Source: a virus
Lineage: Duplodnaviria; Caudoviricetes
DNA length: 29,719 nt
IMG/VR virus record: IMGVR_UViG_3300030330_001710
Span: 1-29,719 of that record
Strand: one strand, 5' to 3'
The notes under the pieces were generated by a model, which ran no database searches, was not told where the DNA came from, and was given only the letters and a program-made list of their open reading frames with translations. Numbering within the stretch: the stretch's first letter is position 1; each line of letters starts with the position of its first letter. The translations under genes and the position numbers were made by a program. This document shows, piece by piece, positions 17,409 through 25,632 of this stretch.

Positions 17409-18794
17409 TCACTCTCCCCTGAAGGTTTTGTCTGCGAGGGCATGAACTTCGTCCCATGACATTCTCGCCATATCTTGCGTTGAGGGAATCTCTACTGCTG
17501 GTGCTGCCTCGCTCTTGGCGATTGTGTCACCGGCTTCTGTCGTACCGATGCTGTCGATTCTGTCATTGAGTGCACTGAGTGCTTTCATGACCTCATCGAG
17601 AGGACCGCGTGCGTCGAACTCTGCTGCCTGAGCCTTGGCTATCTCAGCCTTTCGCTCTGTCTGGAAGCGGGTTGCGAACTGGTTCTCAAGGCTGCCCCTG
17701 AACTCCTGCTCCATTGCTGCTGCCTTGTATACTTCGTAGGCAGCCTCGATGTCTGCATCGGAAACTCTGTCGGGAGTTAGGAAGTCAGATTTCTTGACTT
17801 CTTTCTCGCCTTTCCCGCCTAGTCTTGCTACGGCGTTGGTCGAGGGTTTGCCACCTTCGGACTCCCTGTTGGGGGTCTGACCGTAGTCTAGGTCAAACTC
17901 TTCAGGAGTGGACCCGAGGTTCGCTTTGTTGAGGTCATCGAAGTGGCTTCGTGCCCCATCGATGTCAACACCTGCGGATTTCAGGGTGCTCTCCATCCAG
18001 TCGAGGTAGTCAGAGGAGATGACGTCCGAGAACTCCTCGGATTTCTTCTTGTCATCTTCGTCGTCTTTCTTCTCGTCCATGGCTTTCTCTTCTTTGTCGT
18101 CGTCCATGGCTTTGTCATCTTTCTTGTCTTTCATGGCTTCTTTGAGTTGAGGAGGCATTCCTTTCTCCATCGCGTCTAATCGGCCTTCAAGACGAGATAG
18201 GACATCGCCTAGTTGTGCTGTCATGTCTTCTTCTGTCATTTTTTTCACCTTTTCTTTTGTGTTATTTTCCATTTCCCCATCTTGTTTGAGTATTCTGAAT
18301 GTTGCTTCTGGATTGATGCCTTTCTCGCATATCGTGATTTCATGCAGTTCTAACTTGCTGATTTCTTGATAGTCACCGTGTTTTGGGTCGCTCTTCCTGA
18401 CTCGCTTGAATGCCTGTCCTCCGATGCTGAACCCACGTAGTTTTCCTTTCCGTATCTCGGCGGCAACTTCTCGTGCTTTCTCGATGTCGTCACGCAGTTG
18501 TATTACAACAAACATCCCGACATCATCGACTTCGCTTTTCCACAACCTCCCTTCACTATCTGTATATGATGGAACTACTTCTCCTACCTGTATATTTGAG
18601 TGCGCTAGTTGGACGTTCCTGTATTTCGGTTCTTGCATGAACTTGCGAAATCCGTCCTTCAAAGCCTCCATTGTGATTAAATCGCCCTGCTTGTCAACCA
18701 GTTCGACACTTGCGTATCCAGCGACAACGAGGTCATTACCTGCCTTGAGGAGTACGATGTTGTCCTCATTGAAGAGTCGCTGTTGAGATAACAC
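17409..18794 (-). CDS. Prohead (maturation) protease fused to scaffolding domain
   Basis: HK97-type protease motifs VAGYASVELVDKQGD, QLAH (His), GFSIGG (Ser), LHEITICEKGINPEA, followed by a charged coiled-coil region. GTG start after AGGTGA. Confidence 0.9.
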   Translation of the reverse strand: MLSQQRLFNEDNIVLLKAGNDLVVAGYASVELVDKQGDLITMEALKDGFRKFMQEPKYRNVQLAHSNIQVGEVVPSYTDSEGRLWKSEVDDVGMFVVIQLRDDIEKAREVAAEIRKGKLRGFSIGGQAFKRVRKSDPKHGDYQEISKLELHEITICEKGINPEATFRILKQDGEMENNTKEKVKKMTEEDMTAQLGDVLSRLEGRLDAMEKGMPPQLKEAMKDKKDDKAMDDDKEEKAMDEKKDDEDDKKKSEEFSDVISSDYLDWMESTLKSAGVDIDGARSHFDDLNKANLGSTPEEFDLDYGQTPNRESEGGKPSTNAVARLGGKGEKEVKKSDFLTPDRVSDADIEAAYEVYKAAAMEQEFRGSLENQFATRFQTERKAEIAKAQAAEFDARGPLDEVMKALSALNDRIDSIGTTEAGDTIAKSEAAPAVEIPSTQDMARMSWDEVHALADKTFRGE

Positions 18795-18818
18795 ACTATC
18801 ACCTAACTCATTGCAATA

Positions 18819-18827
18819 CTATATCAA
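18819..18827 (-). promoter_or_regulatory. Possible archaeal TATA-like box (TTGATATAG) upstream of the protease/MCP genes
   Basis: AT-rich motif 24 nt before the protease start, in one of the few AT-rich gaps. No transcript evidence. Confidence 0.3.
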
Positions 18828-21800
18828 CTAAGCGAAGAATGCTCTTCGGACTTTCTCTTTCTCTTTGGGTAGTTCTCCGGCTTCTCAGGGTCCTGCTCGG
18901 GGCGCTCCTTCATGTCGTAGTCTGGGAGTGTGGCCTCGTTGTTCAACGTGGTCGGGCCACGTGGGCTTGCCACGTCCGCGCCTACGTCTATACCCAGTCC
19001 CTTGCCACCGCTCATCGGGTAGTGCCCGCTTCCCGCCTTCTCCAATGCATCGAGTGCCCTCTCTATGAGTTCTATGGCCTTGACCATCTTCGGCTTCAGG
19101 AGGATGTTCGGGTCCTTCTTCGGCTTGAGCACGCCACCGCTCTGGTTGTCTATCCTTCGTGCACGCTCGTCGGTCATGCCCTCGTCCGCGCTCTCCTCAT
19201 CCAAGTCAGACTTGTCCGGGTCATCACTCGTCTTCTTCTTCGCGTATGCCTTGAGCATCTCATCGAAGGCTGGCATCCAATAACTCTCAAGGCTCTTCGC
19301 TAGGACGAGCGTGTAGTCCCTCTCCTTGAGGCTACTCAATGCGGAGCGTGGGTTCTCAACCCTGTCATCAACGATGTCGTACTTGAGTATGTCATGGTCG
19401 AAGTGCAGAATGAACATATCTTCGTCTATCTCCATGCCGAACGGGACGTGGAAGTCATCGTCGGATTTTGTCATGAGCACCCACTTAGGGTGCTTTTCCT
19501 CACCGCGCATATACGTTGACTTTGCATCCCTTAGCAGTATCTTCTTGTCCTTGTTCTCGCTCTGGATGAACTTGATTGCCTCCTCAAGACCGTCCTCGTC
19601 GGTTATCCTGAGTGTGGATGGTCCGGGTATGAACACGTTCTCACGGCTGTCGAACTGCCCCCTGAGCAGTTTCATGCGCTCCCTCACGTCCATGTCGGTG
19701 ACGTCGGTGCCGTCGTACTCCATGATGTCGAAGATGTGTATGCCGTCTGAGTTCTTCACAGCGTCAACGACATAGTTCCTCTTGCCTAGTTTTCTGAGGC
19801 ACTTGGACATCTCGGAGGATATCGACACGCTCTCGTTGTCATCGTCCTTGACAGACACGTAAGTGCCTTTCCTCGTGACCTTGACTCTGGTTCCATCCTC
19901 CATGACCGAGACAGCCCAGTCACCTGTGAAACCACGGAGTTCCTCTATGTCTTCATACTCAAACACCTTGTGATAGGGCTCTATCAAGGGCATCTCACTC
20001 GGTAGGGCCTTGGCTACCTCTAGCAAGTCCGATTCACCAAGTTGCCCGGTGTTCACGTCGAAGTTGCTTGATGACCTTTCAAAGTCAACACCACCTGCCG
20101 TCTGCGCTATCTGCTGCGCGGTGTCGAACGTCTGCTGGCCGTGGAGGGAGAGCAGGGTCTCCTCGGAGACTGGCAGTAGGCTCATCCTCTCAGTCTCTGT
20201 CCCGAACTGAGGGTTCCCGTCCATGTCCGCGAAGGCCCTTACCGTGGGTGTGCCGGTCATGCTCCCATGGTGATAAGCAAGACCGCTGCTGGAGTAGTAC
20301 AGGTTGGGGGTCGCCCCGTTGACCGAGAGGATTGAGTCAATCGGTGTGTCCATACCCTGTATTGACATCGGATTCAGCACCTCCTCCTGAGTGAGAGCAT
20401 CCCTCATCGCATCAGGCGGCAGGGCACCGGCATCGAATGAGATTAACTGCGAGAGCAGTCTCTTGCTCTTGTCCCTCTGTCTCTGCTCCAAGAGAGGTTC
20501 TCTCCCTGAGCCTTTTGCTGCTCTACCAAGACCGGGCTCGACCTTCATTCTGTGGTGTTTCAGACCCAAGGACTCCATCAGGCCCTTCGTATCGAAGCGA
20601 AGCAGGTTGTTCAAACCCTGCAACTCGGTGTGCAGGGGGTGTGACCTATCTCCCTCAGTTTCGCTGAGCATGTGGGAAACTATGTCATCGTGACTCTCAC
20701 CTACGTTCTTGTAGGACTCGGTGAAGCCGTCGTCAACTTCAGAGTTCACGAGGGAGGAGAGCGTAGTGACTTTGGTGGCCCCTGAGTCTATGGCATCCTG
20801 TGCCATGCGTAGATGCTCTTCATCTATGGGGAGTCCCAAGTCAGAGAGCAACTCATCTGCTTGTGTGTCTTGGTCTATCACCGGCAAATCATCGTTCATG
20901 ATGATATGAGCGAGCATTGGTAGGTATCTCTGCTTGTCATTGGCGGTGACCACCTTCTGCTCCTCTGATATACCATCAGCGAGGGTCGTCGCTCCATGTG
21001 AGTCATGGCTCATGTGAAGGGACATAATCTCCGCGTCATGGAGAGCCGCTGAGGTGTTTATCAGGAACTGGGAGACTCCGACGACCTCGGGGTTGAATGC
21101 GTCTGGGTCTTTCTCGACGTATCCGGGTATGATGACCTCCTTCGCTATCTTCTCTATAGCGAGCATGTCATTCATCTTCCTCACATCAGGCTCGGAGGTC
21201 TTGCCGCTGCTGAAGTTGTGGTAGGTGTAGTTGTCCTTGATACTCTTTGCCTTCATCTGTAGGATGGAGTTCTTGTACTCCTTCAACTGGTCACGGAGTT
21301 GCATCCTCCTCGACTCAAGGGATGATACTACGGAGGGTATGGGCCTCTCCTTCTCGTACTCGCTCCTGATTGAGTCCTCAAGATTGTAAATCTCATCCTC
21401 CAACTGGTCCATGTCCTGTAGGAGCATCTCGTTCTCACCCTTAATGGGGACGGAAGCCAAGTTTCCAGTGTAGGCCAGTTCGATGAGTTCCTCCATGGAC
21501 TCTATGTTCGGATGCATGGGTGACAGACCATCAACCACCTCATCGAACGAGAACATCCTCTTCGATGGTCCAAGTGTCACCCTACCGGTGCCATCCCTGC
21601 TGCCAACGACGTGGAAGCCACCCTTGCCCAATATGTGTCTATAGTGATGAGAGGCATTCGCCGCCACATGGGTGTCACTGATTTGGGAGCGTGATGCTCC
21701 TGCATGCTTACCCCAGTCTGATGTAGGGCCATTGTGCTGGTTCTCATAAATGTGACGTGACATCAACAATGAGATATCCTTCTTCTTCTCATCATCCAAC

Positions 21801-23890
21801 TCGTGCTCCAATCTCTTCGTGAGTCCGGGTGTGATGCTGTGTTGTACGTGGTTTGCCTTCTGACCTAGATATGCGCCTTGCGTTCTATCGAAGGGAGTCA
21901 TAATTTGGTTTGCCGTGTATGCATGAGCCTGTCCGGTCGCTTTGTGATGCCTCGTTATTGGTGATAAAATTCCCATCAAACCACGATTCATGTCATATCC
22001 GCTTGGTTCCATGGTGCCCATGAGTGAGTTCTTATCATCGCCAATCTGACCGAGGAGAGCGAATAGTGCCTCCAAATGAGTTGAGTCGCTGAGGCCGAGG
22101 TTCCCTCTCATGTAGGGTCTGCTCCAATGAGACTGACCACCGAGGTGGATGCCGTTCGACTCGATGTAATGCCTCTTCTCCCTATCCGTTAGGCTGCTTG
22201 ATATCGGCCCTATGGTCGAATTGAACGCTGTTAGTGCATTACCTATCTCCGCTATCCTCGGTGATATGTATTGTGAGTCTGCTATGACCCCACTCAAACC
22301 CTGCAACTCGTCTTCCTCAAAGTATGGATTTTCCTTGTCTGCCTTAAGCAACTCGCTTATCGGATGGGACTTCTCAGTGTCTATGAAGTCGTAGAAGTCC
22401 TCAGTAGTCACGCTGTTATCCGGTTTGTTGTATCCCAACTCGTCCTCAAGAGCCCTCAAGGCGTAGAGCAGTGGCTCCTTCCCTTCTTGGTCAGGCGACT
22501 CCCTCATGAGCCTCTTTAGTTTCTTCCTGTTCTCAGGCCCGTAGATTGGTAGTCTCTTCAAGGTCTCACCCTCACCCTCAAACAAACCGAGTCGCTCGTT
22601 TATGTCCGATAGGAACTTGTCTTTCAACGTGCCATGCTCGGGGTCGTTGATTGAGTTCAGGGCATTCATCATGGCTGTCGAGTCGAATGGTGCACTCTCC
22701 TGCGTCTCCTTGTGCCTGTGCATGTTCGGTATTGAGCGATGTGACTGTCCCACCACCCAGTTCAACTCGGGCGCTGCCCTCATCATCATGTTTCTCTTGA
22801 ACCTGCTAAGAGGTATCTCGTGTCCATCTGATAGTTTGACGTTGTATTCCTCCGGGTTTGTCGATGAGTTCTCCGCCAAGTGCTCTATCACCTTGGTTCT
22901 CTCAGTTGGGTCCAACCACTCAAGGCCCATGTGATAGCCGAGCCAACCCAGTCTATGTGGGTGTTTGACCATCACGCTTTCCATGGTGTTGCTTCCATAT
23001 GTGTCATCCATCACCGATTGAATCTCTTCTTCCTTGAGTCCTGCTTGCGCGAGTTGCTCACGCACCTTCACCCTCTCATCGTAGTTAGGTAGTCCCACCT
23101 CATCCATGGTCTGCTCAAAGAGGTCGTTCTGACCACTCCATAGTTTGGCGGCATCATCGAAGTGGGCCTCCCTCACATCACGCTCAGTCCCTCCTTCTTT
23201 CATGATGGAGTCAACAGTGCTCATATTGTTCTGCCTCCACCTCTGATATGCTCTCTCATACAACTCGTCCTCGTGGGACGCACCACCCTTGCCCTTGCTC
23301 AATGGACCGAGGAAGAGATGCTTCTTGTCTCCCTCTTGACCGATGCCCGATATGACGGGATTGTCCTTGTAGTCTGTTTCATGTGCCCTCTCGGACTCAG
23401 CCCAAGAGCGTGCAGGTGAGTTTCCCTCGTCGTCAGGCAGGTAGTAGTCCCTGAGTACCTCGACAAAGTTCGGGTATCCGCTTCCGGGGTGCTTCATCAG
23501 AAGTGGATGCACGTCCTTGGACCAAGGGTGGTTGTCAGTCTGACTCTGCTGCTCTATCCTCTCAATCTCATCGCCGGGTGCGCGACTCGTGAGTTCGGGC
23601 CACTTTGAGTGCATGATGTTGAAGTCGTTGCCATGTGAGAATCTTCCAGTCAACCTGTGCTTGGCTCTTTCAAGTCCTATGGTGCGTGTGGCAGTCTTGT
23701 CTGCACTTTTCAAAACAACCTCCAACAAGGGTGTGAATACGTCATCCCCTATCTCGATGCCCTTGTGTAGAAGGTTGCTCTCAGCCAGCAGGTACTGCTC
23801 CCTCTCATAGTCGAAGTCGCTCTGAGAGAGCACTGACTTCAGGAGTTCATTACGGGCCTGTGTGAATATCTCGACGTCATCCTGCTGCAA
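18824..23890 (-). CDS. Giant (~1690 aa) head-associated protein with C-terminal degenerate ATP-dependent DNA ligase (adenylation) domain
   Basis: Long ORF. Probable TTG start at 23890 after GGAGGTGA (track GTG 23899). Ligase-like segments WAVSVMEDGTRVKV, YVVDAV, IHIFDIMEYDGTDV...RERMKLL, ILLRDAKSTY...HPKWVL at ~19470-19990. Confidence 0.8.
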   Translation of the reverse strand: MQQDDVEIFTQARNELLKSVLSQSDFDYEREQYLLAESNLLHKGIEIGDDVFTPLLEVVLKSADKTATRTIGLERAKHRLTGRFSHGNDFNIMHSKWPELTSRAPGDEIERIEQQSQTDNHPWSKDVHPLLMKHPGSGYPNFVEVLRDYYLPDDEGNSPARSWAESERAHETDYKDNPVISGIGQEGDKKHLFLGPLSKGKGGASHEDELYERAYQRWRQNNMSTVDSIMKEGGTERDVREAHFDDAAKLWSGQNDLFEQTMDEVGLPNYDERVKVREQLAQAGLKEEEIQSVMDDTYGSNTMESVMVKHPHRLGWLGYHMGLEWLDPTERTKVIEHLAENSSTNPEEYNVKLSDGHEIPLSRFKRNMMMRAAPELNWVVGQSHRSIPNMHRHKETQESAPFDSTAMMNALNSINDPEHGTLKDKFLSDINERLGLFEGEGETLKRLPIYGPENRKKLKRLMRESPDQEGKEPLLYALRALEDELGYNKPDNSVTTEDFYDFIDTEKSHPISELLKADKENPYFEEDELQGLSGVIADSQYISPRIAEIGNALTAFNSTIGPISSSLTDREKRHYIESNGIHLGGQSHWSRPYMRGNLGLSDSTHLEALFALLGQIGDDKNSLMGTMEPSGYDMNRGLMGILSPITRHHKATGQAHAYTANQIMTPFDRTQGAYLGQKANHVQHSITPGLTKRLEHELDDEKKKDISLLMSRHIYENQHNGPTSDWGKHAGASRSQISDTHVAANASHHYRHILGKGGFHVVGSRDGTGRVTLGPSKRMFSFDEVVDGLSPMHPNIESMEELIELAYTGNLASVPIKGENEMLLQDMDQLEDEIYNLEDSIRSEYEKERPIPSVVSSLESRRMQLRDQLKEYKNSILQMKAKSIKDNYTYHNFSSGKTSEPDVRKMNDMLAIEKIAKEVIIPGYVEKDPDAFNPEVVGVSQFLINTSAALHDAEIMSLHMSHDSHGATTLADGISEEQKVVTANDKQRYLPMLAHIIMNDDLPVIDQDTQADELLSDLGLPIDEEHLRMAQDAIDSGATKVTTLSSLVNSEVDDGFTESYKNVGESHDDIVSHMLSETEGDRSHPLHTELQGLNNLLRFDTKGLMESLGLKHHRMKVEPGLGRAAKGSGREPLLEQRQRDKSKRLLSQLISFDAGALPPDAMRDALTQEEVLNPMSIQGMDTPIDSILSVNGATPNLYYSSSGLAYHHGSMTGTPTVRAFADMDGNPQFGTETERMSLLPVSEETLLSLHGQQTFDTAQQIAQTAGGVDFERSSSNFDVNTGQLGESDLLEVAKALPSEMPLIEPYHKVFEYEDIEELRGFTGDWAVSVMEDGTRVKVTRKGTYVSVKDDDNESVSISSEMSKCLRKLGKRNYVVDAVKNSDGIHIFDIMEYDGTDVTDMDVRERMKLLRGQFDSRENVFIPGPSTLRITDEDGLEEAIKFIQSENKDKKILLRDAKSTYMRGEEKHPKWVLMTKSDDDFHVPFGMEIDEDMFILHFDHDILKYDIVDDRVENPRSALSSLKERDYTLVLAKSLESYWMPAFDEMLKAYAKKKTSDDPDKSDLDEESADEGMTDERARRIDNQSGGVLKPKKDPNILLKPKMVKAIELIERALDALEKAGSGHYPMSGGKGLGIDVGADVASPRGPTTLNNEATLPDYDMKERPEQDPEKPENYPKRKRKSEEHSSLS

Positions 23891-23895
23891 GACAT

Positions 23896-24057
23896 TCACC
23901 TCCCTCCAAGGGAGGCTGCTATCCTAGTGGGACACGTCTCAAGACTGTGGCCTTCGTGCTCGGGATTCAAGCATCCTTGGGCGGTGGTTGCACTGCACAG
24001 TTGACAACTCTCTGTCTGTGCTATGCCTTTCCTGATTCCCACCCAACTCAAGTTCAT
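23896..24057 (-). CDS. Unlisted 53-aa Cys/His-rich (zinc-finger-like) small protein
   Basis: Manual translation: MNLSWVGIRKGIAQTESCQLCSATTAQGCLNPEHEGHSLETCPTRIAASLGGR. It fills the gap exactly, its ATG overlaps the upstream TGA (ATGA), and TTG at 24051 is an alternative start. Confidence 0.7.
   Translation of the reverse strand: MNLSWVGIRKGIAQTESCQLCSATTAQGCLNPEHEGHSLETCPTRIAASLGGR
23899..23915 (-). promoter_or_regulatory. Hairpin CCUCCCU-UGG-AGGGAGG occluding the RBS of the giant gene
   Basis: 7-bp perfect inverted repeat. Its 3' arm contains the GGAGG of the GGAGGTGA site. Confidence 0.55.
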
Positions 24058-24887
24058 CCCTCCGTGAGATGACCCTCGACTGGATTTTCATGGGTGTTCA
24101 TCTTTGCACGCAGGGCCTCAAGGTCGAACGATATGGAAGTCGCTCCCTTGTTGGCGACGTCATCGGACTCAAAGAGGGATTGGTTCGTCGTGTAGTACGC
24201 GTTGTAGGTCTGTCCACCTGACTCTGACATGAACTGGACGCCTCCGGGTCGGCTGTCGAACGTCTGTAGTTTGTGATGCTCGCCCTTCTCGACCTTGCCG
24301 TGAGCCTTGTCGCACTGTGCCTTTTGTGCTGCTGTGCACTCAGAGTACTTCTTACCGAAGTTCTTCATGCAGTATTTGTCCTTTTCAGCCATACTTGCCT
24401 TTTCGACTTTGTTGACGTTTCTGTCGCACTCTGCTTTCTGTTTCTCCGAGCAGTCTGAGTACTTCTTGCCGAAGCGCTTCATGCAGTACTTGTCCTTCTC
24501 AGCCATGTCAGCCTTCTCGACCTTGCCGTGAGCCTTGTCACACTGTGCCTTTTGCTTGGCAGAGCAGTCGGAGTACTTCTTACCGAAGTTCTTCATACAG
24601 TACTTGTCCTTCTCAGCCATGGAAGCCTTCTCCATCGTACCGTACTTCGTCATGCAACCCATCTTCATGCACATGCCCTTCTCCATGTCCATCTTCCCGC
24701 CGCAACTCGGGCACTTGTCAGCCTTCTTCTTCTCGTCCTTGGCACCCTTGCCATCTGCTGCGAATGCAGGAATCTTCTTCCCCTCATGCTCCACCATATC
24801 CAATTTTTCCGCTTTGGCGAGCAGGTATTGGGCTTTCTCTAGCATGGCAACAACCTCGGTTGAAACTTCTTCGTATCTTGGTTTCAT
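24054..24887 (-). CDS. Lys/Cys-rich repeat protein (277 aa), putative head/scaffold-associated
   Basis: CPSC...CMKMGC motif, then three 38-aa repeats. Lies between portal and protease. Confidence 0.8.
   Translation of the reverse strand: MKPRYEEVSTEVVAMLEKAQYLLAKAEKLDMVEHEGKKIPAFAADGKGAKDEKKKADKCPSCGGKMDMEKGMCMKMGCMTKYGTMEKASMAEKDKYCMKNFGKKYSDCSAKQKAQCDKAHGKVEKADMAEKDKYCMKRFGKKYSDCSEKQKAECDRNVNKVEKASMAEKDKYCMKNFGKKYSECTAAQKAQCDKAHGKVEKGEHHKLQTFDSRPGGVQFMSESGGQTYNAYYTTNQSLFESDDVANKGATSISFDLEALRAKMNTHENPVEGHLTEG
24285..24633. repeat. Coding tandem repeat, 3 x 114 bp (38 aa: AxMAEKDKYCMKxFGKKYSxCxxxQKAxCDxxxxKVEK)
   Basis: Visible in both DNA and protein. Confidence 0.95.
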
Positions 24888-25226
24888 CTAATACAACTCC
24901 TTCGTCTCTTGGTACTGAGATGCCATGTCGTGTATTTCTGCCCACGACATGTTGTGCACCTCTTCATTTGTGTATGAGGGCAGTGGGCTGTTTGAGTTTG
25001 ATTTTGCTAGGATGTCGTTGTCTGGTAATTCACCACGGAAGCCGTCTTGACTTACGTTCTCGGTGAATGGTGTGCGCATGGTGACGTATCCCGCCTTGCG
25101 TAGCATTCTCTGTGGGGTCTCCATGTTCGTCTCCATCTTCATGATGCGAGTGTCCATCTCCTCCATCTTGCTGATGAGCATCTGCATGAGCCGTTGCGCA
25201 GGGTCTACCTGTGGCTCATCGGACAT
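24888..25226 (-). CDS. Small coiled-coil protein with scaffold-like C-terminal motif (~112 aa)
   Basis: ATG at 25226 after GGAGTGA (track start 25244). Coiled coil LISKMEEMDTRIMKMET. C-terminal MSWAEIHDMA. Confidence 0.75.
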   Translation of the reverse strand: MSDEPQVDPAQRLMQMLISKMEEMDTRIMKMETNMETPQRMLRKAGYVTMRTPFTENVSQDGFRGELPDNDILAKSNSNSPLPSYTNEEVHNMSWAEIHDMASQYQETKELY

Positions 25227-25231
25227 GTGTT

Positions 25232-25591
25232 TCACTCCGACCATCGACCGAAGGTGCCGCTCACGTTTCTCATGTTGGTGTTGGTTCGTGCGGGGATGAC
25301 TGTGCCCTCCAGAACTCGGTCACGTACGGAGGGGTCGAGTTTTCCTCCCCTCTCGTTGAACTTCATAACTGGAACTCCACCTGCGTACTGCTGTACACCG
25401 TCGTAGTCAACGACGTCCTCTGACTTGCGTATCTCACGCGTGATGTCTGTGTTGAGGTAATCTGCGTACTTGACTATCTCAGACAAGTGGAAGCGCGATG
25501 AGGCAGCGTCGTTGTTCTCAAGCGCCTTGTTCAAACTGTCCATGTGGACAGACATTTTTCTAGCCATTGGGTCCATTTTGTGTAAGTCCAT
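25232..25591 (-). CDS. Hypothetical protein (~119 aa) downstream of portal
   Basis: Probable ATG at 25591 (MDLHKMDPMARK; track start 25624). Packed in the operon. Confidence 0.7.
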   Translation of the reverse strand: MDLHKMDPMARKMSVHMDSLNKALENNDAASSRFHLSEIVKYADYLNTDITREIRKSEDVVDYDGVQQYAGGVPVMKFNERGGKLDPSVRDRVLEGTVIPARTNTNMRNVSGTFGRWSE

Positions 25592-25632
25592 AGCGAATAC
25601 CTGCCTGTTCCACATAGGCCTCATTATTTAGT

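Noticed and set aside
18824-23899. Annotation as a functional DNA ligase
   Set aside because: The motif I lysine and the motif III/IV acidic residues are missing.
23899-23915. Hairpin as an intrinsic terminator
   Set aside because: There is no following U-tract on the coding strand and it overlaps an RBS, so translational control fits better.
24285-24633. Regularly spaced repeats considered as a CRISPR or other non-coding array
   Set aside because: The period is 114 bp (a multiple of 3), there are no unique spacers, and variation is largely synonymous. It is a coding repeat.
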